From: Candidatus Zixiibacteriota bacterium
GTDB lineage: Bacteria > Zixibacteria > MSB-5A5 > GN15 > FEB-12
DNA length: 64,000 nt
Direction: 5' to 3'
Assembly (NCBI GenBank): GCA_020346225.1
Contig: CP070777.1
Coordinates: 2,764,736 to 2,828,735 of the forward strand
Position numbers and translations under genes: made by a program. This document shows positions 55,276 through 64,000 of this stretch, in pieces (position 1 is the stretch's first letter; the number at the start of each line of letters is the position of its first letter). The notes under the pieces are model-generated. The model ran no database searches, had not been told where the DNA came from, and saw only the letters and a list, made by a program, of their open reading frames with translations.

Positions 55276-55716
55276 TCAGCAGGGGTAAGAACCGTCAATG
55301 TACTGCTTCAGGTACCGATTCTCGACTGTGATGTCATCCATCTGGGATTTGACGATATCGCCGATCGATATCAGCCCGATCAGCCTGTCCTCGTCGACAA
55401 TGGGAATGTGTCGCACCCGGTTGTTGGTCATGAGGCCGGCGATGTAGTTCAAATCGTCGTTTTCCACGCCGACGATAACTTCACTGGACATCAGGTCGCA
55501 CACCGTCAGGCCGGCAAAGGAATCATGGTTCCGGTGTACGGCGGCAAAAATATCCTTGTCGCTTATTATGCCGCAAAGCCTCATCTCTTCATCGGTTACG
55601 AGCAGGCAGCTGATTTTGTTGTCGATCAGCAAACTCATGGCGGAGAGAATATCGGTCGCCGTTCGCACCGTTATCAACTCCTTGGGGTTGGCTTTCAACA
55701 AGTCTCTGACCAGCAT
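55276..55716 (-). CDS. CBS-pair domain protein
   Basis: GGGAGG RBS 7 nt before the ATG at 55716. Two CBS repeats (..ISCLLVTDEE.., ..VRHIPIVDED.LIGLISIGDIV). Confidence 0.8.
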   Translation of the reverse strand: MLVRDLLKANPKELITVRTATDILSAMSLLIDNKISCLLVTDEEMRLCGIISDKDIFAAVHRNHDSFAGLTVCDLMSSEVIVGVENDDLNYIAGLMTNNRVRHIPIVDEDRLIGLISIGDIVKSQMDDITVENRYLKQYIDGSYPC

Positions 55717-55867
55717 GTAAAAACCTCCCTGGCTTAGCGTTTCGTGTTTGTAAATTGTGACCCGTTTCTCTGCGGACAGGGGTCCGCGAGCAGATGTCAA
55801 CTCCCCGGATGCCCAAAATGAAGACTTGACTGACATCCTCGATTGTTATACGTATGAAGCCGTAGAT

Positions 55868-56533
55868 ATGCTTGGCAAACCGGCTTCAAAGCCACTGTTT
55901 CTGCTGGTTGCGGCGCTGCTGGCCGTCCCGCGACCGGGCGCCCAGGATGCTCCGGACCCGGTTCTCGAGTTCTACTGCGAGCGCGCGGCGAGCACGTTCC
56001 CGACGCGTGATCCCATCGAAAGCGGCGCCGACTTCTCTTTCCGTGCTACCACCTTTTACAAGAGTATCGGTGAAAATGGCGAGGTGACGGGGGTCGATTC
56101 CGGTATCGCTGACTATTTCTACAGTTCGGGAGAGCTTGATTCGCTGGCGGTCGTGCTGGCTCCCCGGAACCGGCAGAAGGACATCGACCTGACCTTTCTA
56201 AACGTGTTTTCCGGTGACTACGACTTCTACTTCTTTCCCAATGATACCGGCGGGTCCGATCTGGCTATCGGATTTGACACCTACACCGGCGAGGACCCGG
56301 CCCCGGTCGGTCTGGCCGTTATTGACCGGACTCAGTATTTGCTGCGCCGGCTCCACCTTCACTACCCCAACCGCAAATACCACAAGCGGTATTCGCGCTC
56401 TTTCCGTTTTGTTGAGCGCGACGGGTACATTTTCGCCGACTCGGTCTGGGTGGTATCCGCCAAAAAAGGCGTCTTCACCACTGATTTCTTCCGGATTGAA
56501 ACCGGTATAACGAATATCAGGGTCCGTCGCTGA
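55868..56533 (+). CDS. Secreted hypothetical protein
   Basis: The internal ATG at 55868 gives the signal peptide MLGKPASKPLFLLVAALLAVP. No known motif. Confidence 0.5.
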   Translation: MLGKPASKPLFLLVAALLAVPRPGAQDAPDPVLEFYCERAASTFPTRDPIESGADFSFRATTFYKSIGENGEVTGVDSGIADYFYSSGELDSLAVVLAPRNRQKDIDLTFLNVFSGDYDFYFFPNDTGGSDLAIGFDTYTGEDPAPVGLAVIDRTQYLLRRLHLHYPNRKYHKRYSRSFRFVERDGYIFADSVWVVSAKKGVFTTDFFRIETGITNIRVRR

Positions 56534-56615
56534 AAGAGGATTTCTCAGGTTCATTTTCACTCTCGCTTCGATTCAACTTGAAAATCGCGCCTGTCCTGTT
56601 TTAATTTCCGGTAGA

Positions 56616-57380
56616 ATGGCCGGGCAGTTGGACAGGCTGAAAGACAAGATTCTCTCCGCGGCGGAGCGGGTCCCCTCGCACGTGGCCATCATCATGGACG
56701 GCAACGGGCGCTGGGCGGAGTTGCGTCATAAACCGCGCACGTTCGGGCACGAAGCCGGAGTGAGAGCCGTCAAAAAAGTGGTCAAGGCGGCGGCCGAAGT
56801 GGGTATCAAGTATCTGACCCTTTACACTTTCTCGGTCGAGAACTGGAAAAGACCTCGCAGCGAGGTCTCGGCGCTGATGTCTCTGCTGACTCGCGCTACG
56901 CGAAACGAACTCAACGAGCTCATTAAGAATAACGTCAAGCTGATGACCATAGGCCGGGTCAACGGTCTTCCCCAGACGCGCCAGAAGGTGTTGCTCGACG
57001 CCGTTGAAAAGACGCGCGGCAACACCGGCCTGGTGCTGACCCTGGCCCTTAACTATGGCGGACGTGCCGAAATTCTCGATGCCGTTAAGGCTATCGCCAA
57101 CTCGGTGCGCGCCGGTATTGTCGATATGCAGGACATCAACGATGAGCTGTTTTCCGATTTTCTGTATACCGCCGGTCTGCCCGACCCGGATCTGTTGATT
57201 CGTACTTCCGGCGAGCATCGTATCTCCAATTTTCTGTTGTGGCAGACCAGCTATACCGAACTCTATATTATCGACACGCTGTGGCCGGATTTCGGTCGCC
57301 AGGAGCTTTTCGAGGCCGTTCTGGATTTTCAAAAACGCGAGCGGAGATTCGGCAAAGTCAGTTCGGCAGCCAGGAAATGA
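56616..57380 (+). CDS. uppS: Undecaprenyl-diphosphate synthase (cis-prenyltransferase)
   Basis: HVAIIMDGNGRWA, FSVENW.R and RTSGE.RISNFLLWQ motifs. Confidence 0.95.
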   Translation: MAGQLDRLKDKILSAAERVPSHVAIIMDGNGRWAELRHKPRTFGHEAGVRAVKKVVKAAAEVGIKYLTLYTFSVENWKRPRSEVSALMSLLTRATRNELNELIKNNVKLMTIGRVNGLPQTRQKVLLDAVEKTRGNTGLVLTLALNYGGRAEILDAVKAIANSVRAGIVDMQDINDELFSDFLYTAGLPDPDLLIRTSGEHRISNFLLWQTSYTELYIIDTLWPDFGRQELFEAVLDFQKRERRFGKVSSAARK

Positions 57381-58225
57381 GCAAGAACCTTGTCACTCGT
57401 ATCATAGTCGCCGCTATCGCCATCCCGGTGATTCTCTGGATTTCCTATCAGGGGGGAACCTGGCTGGCCGGCATGGTGTTGCTGCTGGCCCTGTTGGCCA
57501 TCTCTGAATTCCTCGTCAATGAGGGATATCGGGCCAGTTCGTGTCTCTTCTGGTTCGGGCTGGCAATAGCCGGCCTGATGGTGGCCAGGTTTCATATCTT
57601 CGGCTACTCGCTGTGGTATATGTTCGTGTTCGGAGGTCCGGTTTTTGTCCTGATCATCATGCTGTTCGTGGGCATGGCCTTCGCCACCGGCCGCCGACCG
57701 CCGGACGAGCTGTTCCGGGGGTATGTTCGCTTCGTTTGGGGAGTGCTTTATATCGGGTTGCTCTATCCGTATGTTTATCTGGTCGGGGCGGACCATATCG
57801 GTGTGGCAGTGGCGGCTTCCGGGGGCGACTGGCTGCTCTTTCTGTTCGGTCTTCTGTGGGTCGGGGATACGGCGGCGATGGGCTTCGGGAAATGGCTCGG
57901 CCGTAGAAAACTGGCGCCGGCGGTATCGCCCAACAAAACAGTCGCGGGCTTTGTGGGCGGCATTGCCGGAGCGCTGGCGATCGGCGTGGTCATGTACTTC
58001 TGGAAATTCCGGGACCTGGAATGGTATCATGTGCTGATTCTGGCGGCCCTGTGCTCGGTCTTCGGTCAACTGGGTGATCTGGTCGAATCGATGTGGAAAC
58101 GGTCGCTGAACATCAAGGACTCCTCATCCATAATTCCGGGTCACGGCGGCGTTCTTGACCGCTTCGACTCTCTTCTGTTCGCGGCGCCGGCTATGTTTTT
58201 CTACCGGCTGATTTTTCTGACATAG
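57377..58225 (+). CDS. cdsA: Phosphatidate cytidylyltransferase
   Basis: ATGA overlap with the uppS stop. Polytopic membrane protein with the C-terminal signature SPNKT.AGF.GG...K....KD.S..IPGHGGVLDR.DS. Confidence 0.9.
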   Translation: MSKNLVTRIIVAAIAIPVILWISYQGGTWLAGMVLLLALLAISEFLVNEGYRASSCLFWFGLAIAGLMVARFHIFGYSLWYMFVFGGPVFVLIIMLFVGMAFATGRRPPDELFRGYVRFVWGVLYIGLLYPYVYLVGADHIGVAVAASGGDWLLFLFGLLWVGDTAAMGFGKWLGRRKLAPAVSPNKTVAGFVGGIAGALAIGVVMYFWKFRDLEWYHVLILAALCSVFGQLGDLVESMWKRSLNIKDSSSIIPGHGGVLDRFDSLLFAAPAMFFYRLIFLT

Positions 58226-59136
58226 TGAAAATCTTGGATTACATATTCGCGGCCAGACCGATGTTGCACCTTCCGCTGTGGTCGATCTACCTGGTCTCGC
58301 TGCACTATCATCTGAAACTCAGCGGCGAGTCGTTTCAATGGCAGGATCTGGTGATACTGGCCGGCACCACGCTGCTGGCGGCCGCGGCTTACTATATCAA
58401 CCAGGTTTACGATGTTGGCACCGACCGGGTCAACCGAAAGCTCGGCTTTCTTCAGGGCAATTTTGTTTCCGTCGGCGGCCTGACGGCCCTGTATATCGCC
58501 CTTTCGGTGGCGGCCGTGGCGGTGGTGGCGATGCTCTCACCGGTCACCCTGGGCATCTTTCTGGCGGCGTTTGTTCTGGGATATTTTTACTCGACGCCGC
58601 CGTTGAAACTGAAGGATCGGCCGGTTGCGGGCCTCGTGGTCAACGCCGTGGGCATCGGGTTTATGGTTCCCGTGCTGGTGATGCCGGACGCCTCCGTTCA
58701 CAACATTGGCCTGCTGGGATGGGACAACCCGCTCTATTTCATGCTGGCAGTCGGTTCGATCTACCTGTTGACGACCTTGCCGGACAGAGAAGGTGATGCA
58801 GCCGCGGGTAAGCGCACGGCGGCGGTGGTCTTGCCCCGTATGTTTGTTCTGCTTGGGGCGTTGATATTGATACTGTTGGCGGCCTACACGGCCCGGCGTT
58901 CGGGACACGAACTTCTTTCTTATCTGGCGCTGGCGTCAAGTGCCCTGATACTCGTTAATTTGATGCTCCGAAAAGCCGCCCTGGAACTGGCGGCCGCCAA
59001 AATTCCGATCTTGCTGCTGACCGCGCTCGCCGGGTACTTTTTCCCTCTGTATCTCCTTATTATTGTTGCCATCATTTTTGCCGGCCGGATATATTACAAA
59101 AAACGATTTGGCGTGATATATCCCAGGCTGGCCTGA
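58225..59136 (+). CDS. UbiA-family aromatic/isoprenoid prenyltransferase
   Basis: Asp-rich motifs NQVYDVGTDRVN and LPDREGDAAAGKRT. About 8 TM helices. Confidence 0.75.
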   Translation: MKILDYIFAARPMLHLPLWSIYLVSLHYHLKLSGESFQWQDLVILAGTTLLAAAAYYINQVYDVGTDRVNRKLGFLQGNFVSVGGLTALYIALSVAAVAVVAMLSPVTLGIFLAAFVLGYFYSTPPLKLKDRPVAGLVVNAVGIGFMVPVLVMPDASVHNIGLLGWDNPLYFMLAVGSIYLLTTLPDREGDAAAGKRTAAVVLPRMFVLLGALILILLAAYTARRSGHELLSYLALASSALILVNLMLRKAALELAAAKIPILLLTALAGYFFPLYLLIIVAIIFAGRIYYKKRFGVIYPRLA

Positions 59137-59630
59137 TGAAACACCTTCTACCCGTCATACTCGCTTTTCTGGTGGGCTGTACGGCGCACCCGCGCTACCG
59201 TACCGGCGGTGAGGAGAGCCTTCAAAAGATCAATAAAAGCACCGAGAAATACGATACCGAAGACTTTATCCGTTTGGGTAACATCATGCAGGGTTACCTC
59301 GGCAAGCCGTACAGGGGCGCCTCCAAATACGAACAGGGGCTGGACTGTTCCCATTTTGTCCAGACGGTGTTCCGACGGTTTGACAACATTAAGCTGCCCC
59401 GGATGGCGGCCGACCAGTATCAGGCGGGACGCGACGTCAAGTACAAACATCTCAGATACGGCGACTTGGTCTTCTTCAAAACCGACCGCAAGAAAGTATC
59501 GCATGTGGGCGTATATATCGGCGACCGGGACTTCATTCATGTCTCATCGTCGCGAGGCGTGATTATCAGCAGCCTGGGCGAAACGTACTGGGCCGAAAGA
59601 TACGTCGGTGCCCGCCGAATCCTGGAATAA
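59136..59630 (+). CDS. NlpC/P60 (C40) peptidoglycan endopeptidase lipoprotein
   Basis: Lipobox FLVGC. Catalytic Cys context GLDCSHFV and His context SHVGVYIG. Confidence 0.88.
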   Translation: MKHLLPVILAFLVGCTAHPRYRTGGEESLQKINKSTEKYDTEDFIRLGNIMQGYLGKPYRGASKYEQGLDCSHFVQTVFRRFDNIKLPRMAADQYQAGRDVKYKHLRYGDLVFFKTDRKKVSHVGVYIGDRDFIHVSSSRGVIISSLGETYWAERYVGARRILE

Positions 59631-59673
59631 GCCCGCCGAACCGCGCGCCCGTTTCATCGTTTAGATTATTGTT

Positions 59674-61497
59674 ATGAGCCGCTCGAATTTGAAACTCCGG
59701 TTGAAGAACCTGCCCGCCTCCCCCGGCGTGTACATGTTCAAAAGCGAGCGCGGCCGGATTATATACATCGGTAAAGCCAAGAACCTGCGCAACCGGGTGC
59801 GCACGTACTTTGGCAGCGGCAACCAGCTTGACCCCAAAACACAGCGCATGATCGCCCGGGCCGCCGATTTCGAGCTGATGGTCACGGCCAGCGAGGTGGA
59901 GGCGCTCATCCTGGAGGCCAACCTGGTTCGGGAGCACAAGCCCCGCTACAATGTCGCCCTGAAAGATGACAAGCATTTCCCCTACATAAAAATCACCGCC
60001 GAACCGTTCCCGCGGGTTCTCATCGTTCGCCGCCTCGAAAAGGACGGTGCCAGATACTTCGGTCCTTACACCAGCGCCAAAGGAATGCGTCGCACGGTGA
60101 CGTTCCTCTCCCGCCTGTTCACTATTCGCGCCTGCAATCTGGTCATCCCGCCGCCCGAAGGGAAGACTCACAAGGTTTGCCTCGATTATCATATCAAAAG
60201 GTGCGGGGGCCCGTGCGAGGGACTCCAGACGCAGGAGGAATACAAGGAGCTGGTGGATTCGGTGGTGATGGTTCTTTCCGGCCGCTCCAAGAAGCTCGTC
60301 GACCTGCTCGGCGAAAAGATGAAGCGGGCCAGTAAGCTGACGAATTTTGAAGAAGCGGCGCGAATCCGAGACCAGATCGAGGCTTTGAAATCGGTCATGA
60401 TTAAACAGCACGTGGATGTGGGAGAGGTGATCGACCGGGACATAATTTCGGTAGCGCGCGAGGAGCGGGACGCCGTGGCGGTGGTAATGCAGCTTCGAGA
60501 GGGCGTCCTTATCGGCCGGCAGGATTTCCAGTTGACCGCCGATGCCGACGAGAGCGATGAAAACGTCGTTGAAACGTTCGTTGCTCAGTACTACAATCAT
60601 CAACCCAACATGCCCGAAGAAGTGATCCTGCCCCTTAACCTGTCCGGCGAGAAACTGCTGCAGAAATGGCTGCGCCGCGTGAAGGGCGGCCGGATCAAAG
60701 TGATCTCGCCGCAGATCGGCGAGAAGGTGCGGCTGGTGGAACTGGCCGCCCGCAACGCCCGGCTGCTCCTGGACGAGTTGCTGATTCAAAAGAAACGTTA
60801 TCAGGAGCGGACCAGCAAGATGGTTACGGCGCTTAAAGATGAGCTGCACCTGAGCCGCTCGCCGCGCCGGATTGTCTGCTTCGACATATCCAACACCGGT
60901 GAAGGTGATGCTGTCGGCTCCTGCGTCCTTTTCGAGAACGGCAAACCCCGCAAAAGCGGTTACCGGCATTTTAAGGTCAAAGGTGTGACCGGGCAGGACG
61001 ATTTCAAAATGATGCGCGAAGTCGTCGGACGCCATTTTCACCGCATCAAAAAGGAACAGGCCGCCCCGCCCGATCTGGTCATCGTCGATGGCGGCAAGGG
61101 GCAACTGTCGGCGGCGCTGGCCGAGCTTAAGTACCTGGGTTTCGATGAGCAGCCGGTTATGGCGCTGGCCAAGAAGCTGGAGGAGGTCTATCTACCGGGG
61201 CGAACCGAGTCACTTGTCATCAGTCGCAGTTCCCCGGCCCTTTTGCTCATCAAACAGGTTCGGGACGAGGCTCATCGCTTCGCCATCACCTACGGCCGGA
61301 AAGTGCGCTCGAAGCGGACAATAAAATCGGCCCTCGACGATATACCCGGTATCGGCCCGGCCCGCCGGGCGCTGCTACTTAAGACCTTCGGCTCGGTCGA
61401 GGACATCAAAAAACTCTCGGTTGCCCAACTGACCCGTATTAGAGGGATAACACCGACTCTGGCCGAAGGTATCCTCAAACATCTCAGCCGGTTATAG
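59674..61497 (+). CDS. uvrC: Excinuclease ABC subunit C
   Basis: GIY-YIG N-terminus (PGVYMFK...IIYIGKAKNLRNRV), UVR domain and C-terminal (HhH)2. Confidence 0.95.
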   Translation: MSRSNLKLRLKNLPASPGVYMFKSERGRIIYIGKAKNLRNRVRTYFGSGNQLDPKTQRMIARAADFELMVTASEVEALILEANLVREHKPRYNVALKDDKHFPYIKITAEPFPRVLIVRRLEKDGARYFGPYTSAKGMRRTVTFLSRLFTIRACNLVIPPPEGKTHKVCLDYHIKRCGGPCEGLQTQEEYKELVDSVVMVLSGRSKKLVDLLGEKMKRASKLTNFEEAARIRDQIEALKSVMIKQHVDVGEVIDRDIISVAREERDAVAVVMQLREGVLIGRQDFQLTADADESDENVVETFVAQYYNHQPNMPEEVILPLNLSGEKLLQKWLRRVKGGRIKVISPQIGEKVRLVELAARNARLLLDELLIQKKRYQERTSKMVTALKDELHLSRSPRRIVCFDISNTGEGDAVGSCVLFENGKPRKSGYRHFKVKGVTGQDDFKMMREVVGRHFHRIKKEQAAPPDLVIVDGGKGQLSAALAELKYLGFDEQPVMALAKKLEEVYLPGRTESLVISRSSPALLLIKQVRDEAHRFAITYGRKVRSKRTIKSALDDIPGIGPARRALLLKTFGSVEDIKKLSVAQLTRIRGITPTLAEGILKHLSRL

Positions 61498-61581
61498 CGG
61501 CCCCTTCAGCCTTGCTCACATCTCCATAGCCAGGCGCGATAATGGTTGCCAAGTTGAAACAGGGGTAACTATCTTCAGGCT

Positions 61582-62799
61582 ATGTCGCAACGACCGCAGG
61601 CATATACCGTAACGGCTATCACCCGCATGATCAAGACGGCTCTCGAGGAGTCCTTCTGCGATATCTGGGTCGAGGGGGAGATATCCGGATACCACCACCA
61701 CACCTCCGGCCATCGCTATTTAAATCTGAAAGACGAAAACGCCGTGCTCCGGGTAACTATCTGGAGGTCGGTCGGGGCCACTCTGAAATTTGAGCCGGAA
61801 GATGGCCAGAAGGTTATGGTGTACGGCGATATCACTGTCTATGAAAAGGGCGGCAGCTACCAGCTGAACTGCCGCAGGCTGGTGCCGATGGGCGTCGGCG
61901 AACTCGAGTTGGCCTTCCGGCAGTTTTACGAGAAGCTGGCCGCGGAGGGTCTCTTTGACGAAGACCGCAAAAAAGAGATACCGCGCTTCGCTGAAAAGAT
62001 CGGCATCGTCACATCGCCGACCGGCGCCGCCATCCGTGACATTATCCAGATAGCCCGTCGCCGCAATCGCGCCGTGGAACTGGTTGTTTATCCGGCGCAG
62101 GTTCAGGGGGACGGCGCCGAGCATACCATCGCCGCCGGTATCGAATATTTCAATGGTCGCGACGATATCGATTTGATTATTACCGGTCGCGGCGGTGGTT
62201 CGCTCGAAGATCTCTGGCCGTTCAATACCGAGATTACCGTGCGGGCCATCGCGGCCTCTGATATTCCCGTTATATCCGCCGTGGGTCATGAAGTTGACAC
62301 CACTCTGGCCGATCTGGTGGCCGACCTGCGCGCGCCCACGCCTTCGGCCGCGTCGGAGCTTGCCGTTTGGTCAAAGGCCGACTTTCTAGACGAAGTCACG
62401 GAGCACCTGAGGCGTCAGGCCGGTCTTCTGAAAGCCTCCGTGGAAGCAGCCCGCGCCGCTCTTGATTCGCTTTTGAAGCGCCCGGTTTTTGCCCGACCGA
62501 TGGACATGGTTCTTCAGAAACAACAGTATTTCGATAACCTGTGCCGGGTGCTGCGGTCGGCGGGAAAAAACAACTTTGAAAAACAGAAAAACCGGTTATC
62601 TTTATTAGTTTCAAAACTTGACAGCCTTTCACCGTTAAGGATACTGGCCCGCGGTTACAGCGTTACCAGAAAACTGCCGGCGCGTTCGCTGGTCAGGTCG
62701 ATAGAAGACGTCGCTATAAGCGACCGTTTGGAGACCATCCTTGGTGACGGTCGGCTTGTCTCGCGGGTGGAAGACGTCAAAGGTGACAGGAAATCATGA
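61582..62799 (+). CDS. xseA: Exodeoxyribonuclease VII large subunit
   Basis: OB-fold N-terminus (..WVEGEISG...SGH.Y..LKD). VTSPTGAAIRD and RGGGS.EDLW motifs. Confidence 0.93.
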   Translation: MSQRPQAYTVTAITRMIKTALEESFCDIWVEGEISGYHHHTSGHRYLNLKDENAVLRVTIWRSVGATLKFEPEDGQKVMVYGDITVYEKGGSYQLNCRRLVPMGVGELELAFRQFYEKLAAEGLFDEDRKKEIPRFAEKIGIVTSPTGAAIRDIIQIARRRNRAVELVVYPAQVQGDGAEHTIAAGIEYFNGRDDIDLIITGRGGGSLEDLWPFNTEITVRAIAASDIPVISAVGHEVDTTLADLVADLRAPTPSAASELAVWSKADFLDEVTEHLRRQAGLLKASVEAARAALDSLLKRPVFARPMDMVLQKQQYFDNLCRVLRSAGKNNFEKQKNRLSLLVSKLDSLSPLRILARGYSVTRKLPARSLVRSIEDVAISDRLETILGDGRLVSRVEDVKGDRKS

Positions 62800-63050
62800 C
62801 TCCGAAGAAGAAGTATGCGGATTTTGAGACGGCTCTGGCACGTCTCGAGGAGATCACGGATCTTCTCGAAGAGGGTGAACAGTCGCTCGAAGAGTCCATA
62901 AAATTTTACACCGAAGGTCTGGAGATCGCCAAATTCTGCAGTGACCGCCTTTCCGACGCCGAGAAGAAAATCAAGCTGATTTCCGGGAAAGACGGCGAGA
63001 CGGTCGAAGAAGACTTTTCAGCAGGTCAGGGGTCCGACGATGCCGTCTAA
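62796..63050 (+). CDS. xseB: Exodeoxyribonuclease VII small subunit
   Basis: FE.AL.RLEEI...LE.GE.SLEES motif. The start overlaps the xseA stop. Confidence 0.9.
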   Translation: MTPKKKYADFETALARLEEITDLLEEGEQSLEESIKFYTEGLEIAKFCSDRLSDAEKKIKLISGKDGETVEEDFSAGQGSDDAV

Positions 63051-63924
63051 GGCGGTCGATACCGGGAAATATCTGAAACAGGTTCAGGCGCGCACCGACA
63101 AGCTGCTCGACCGGTATCTTCCCGGCGTAGACGTGCCGCCCCACCTGCTGCATGAAGCCATGCGCTATTCCGTTATGGCCGGCGGCAAGAGGCTGCGACC
63201 GATTCTGGCCTGGGCCGCCTATCAATATTGCGGCGGTGATACCGAGGGTGACGATCTCGCCATCCATTATGCCATGGCGGCCCTGGAGATGGTTCATACC
63301 TATTCGCTGATACATGACGACCTGCCGTGCATGGACGATGATGACCTTCGGCGCGGCATGCCCACCTGCCATAAGAAATACGGCGAAGCCGTGGCGGTTC
63401 TGGCCGGCGATGCCCTGCATGATGTCGCCTTCAACCTGATGGCCTCGACCGGTTCAACTGCCGTTGTGGTCGAGCTGGCTCACGCCATCGGAACTGACGG
63501 TATGCTCGGCGGCCAGGTGGCCGATATTCAGGCCGAGGGCCGCGATGTCGACCGCGAGGAGATCATAGATATCCACCGGCGCAAAACCGGTGCCCTGATT
63601 CGCTGTTCGGTGCGAGTCGGTGCCATTCTCGCCGGGGCCTCAGCGGACACGCTCGAGAAGCTGTCCACCTACGGGGCCCGTATCGGCCTGGCTTTTCAGA
63701 TTATCGATGATATTCTTGATATTGAAGGTGACCAGAGTTTGTTGGGAAAGGCTGTCGGCGCCGATTGTAAAAAACAGAAAGCGACCTATCCCGGGGTGGT
63801 GGGCCTGAACCAGGCCCATGACGATGCCGCCGAGTTGATCGCGCAGGCAAAAGCGGTGCTCGATGAATATGATGACAACATGCTGGTACATATAGCGGAT
63901 TACATCGCCCAAAGAAGGAACTGA
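63040..63924 (+). CDS. ispA: (2E,6E)-farnesyl/geranylgeranyl diphosphate synthase
   Basis: First Asp-rich motif LIHDDLPCMDDDDLRRG and second motif FQIIDDILD. Confidence 0.92.
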   Translation: MPSKAVDTGKYLKQVQARTDKLLDRYLPGVDVPPHLLHEAMRYSVMAGGKRLRPILAWAAYQYCGGDTEGDDLAIHYAMAALEMVHTYSLIHDDLPCMDDDDLRRGMPTCHKKYGEAVAVLAGDALHDVAFNLMASTGSTAVVVELAHAIGTDGMLGGQVADIQAEGRDVDREEIIDIHRRKTGALIRCSVRVGAILAGASADTLEKLSTYGARIGLAFQIIDDILDIEGDQSLLGKAVGADCKKQKATYPGVVGLNQAHDDAAELIAQAKAVLDEYDDNMLVHIADYIAQRRN

Positions 63925-63945
63925 CCCCGGTCGTATTGAGTTCGA

Positions 63946-64000
63946 ATGAAGTATCTTAAGGACATAAAATCCCCGGTAGATACCAGGAAACTGTCCCCGG
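63946..64000 (+). CDS. dxs: 1-deoxy-D-xylulose-5-phosphate synthase, N-terminal 18 codons (continues beyond the window)
   Basis: MKYLKDIKSPVDTRKLSP matches the usual DXS N-terminus (L..I.SP.DL.KLS). Conserved xseB-ispA-dxs synteny. Confidence 0.6.
   Translation, partial: MKYLKDIKSPVDTRKLSP

Noticed and set aside
59566-61104. 512-aa ORF on the minus strand.
   Set aside because: It lies entirely antisense to uvrC, which has unmistakable GIY-YIG, UVR and HhH motifs. Its composition (Gly/Ala/Arg/Pro-rich, no motifs) is typical of shadow ORFs in GC-rich DNA.
1-64000. Search by eye for CRISPR arrays, rRNA genes, intact IS elements or prophage genes.
   Set aside because: No regularly spaced direct repeats with unique spacers were seen, and no rRNA-like segments. 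The only transposase-related sequence is the truncated RAYT.

Overview
The window is a gene-dense, GC-rich bacterial chromosomal segment. Several secreted proteins carry T9SS-type C-terminal sorting domains of the kind common in uncultivated FCB-group lineages (Zixibacteria-like); this lineage guess is inference only. Most ORF-track entries that lie antisense to or overlap a better-supported gene are judged spurious high-GC ORFs.

Gene content, in order:
- 1-2803: an archaeal-type gatE (5'-partial) and gatD pair, then an MBL-fold hydrolase.
- 2.8-18 kb: an accessory-looking block of secreted and outer-membrane proteins. It holds an FG-GAP/VCBS protein with a dockerin-like tail flanked by two paralogous small genes. 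It also holds three T9SS-cargo proteins (including a papain-like peptidase and a beta-helix protein), a TonB-receptor-like OMP and an M1 peptidase.
- 18-21 kb: thrC, a VOC-nitroreductase fusion and two small membrane proteins.
- 21.6-23.5 kb: a more AT-rich islet next to tRNA-Arg(TCT), with decayed tRNA 3'-half copies, REP palindromes and a broken RAYT transposase.
- 23.7-28.4 kb: a minus-strand redox operon bracketed by tRNA-Arg and tRNA-Pro. It encodes a Tat-exported 4x[4Fe-4S] protein, an NrfD-like membrane subunit, an untracked 39-aa TM peptide and two tandem 13-heme cytochromes c.
- 28.8-39 kb: rlmN, an S41 peptidase, a HAD hydrolase, ogt, an M29 aminopeptidase and an S8 peptidase with a dockerin-like tail.
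- 39-47 kb: a type IV pilus block (pseudopilin, pilMNO, an AMIN-PilP fusion, pilQ) followed by a large Ig-like lipoprotein.
- 47-64 kb: housekeeping genes, namely an acyl-CoA ligase, yjbQ-like, mtnA, rplM-rpsI, rpsB-tsf-pyrH-frr, uppS-cdsA, a UbiA prenyltransferase, an NlpC/P60 peptidase, uvrC and xseA-xseB-ispA-dxs (dxs is 3'-partial).

The most unusual signals:
1. Three covarying hairpins with a conserved C-rich anti-SD-like loop in the 680-nt gap at 6971-7649.
2. The tRNA-Arg-linked repeat, REP and RAYT islet.
3. GatDE in a bacterial context.
4. The twin 13-heme NrfCD-type module.

No CRISPR array or rRNA was seen.
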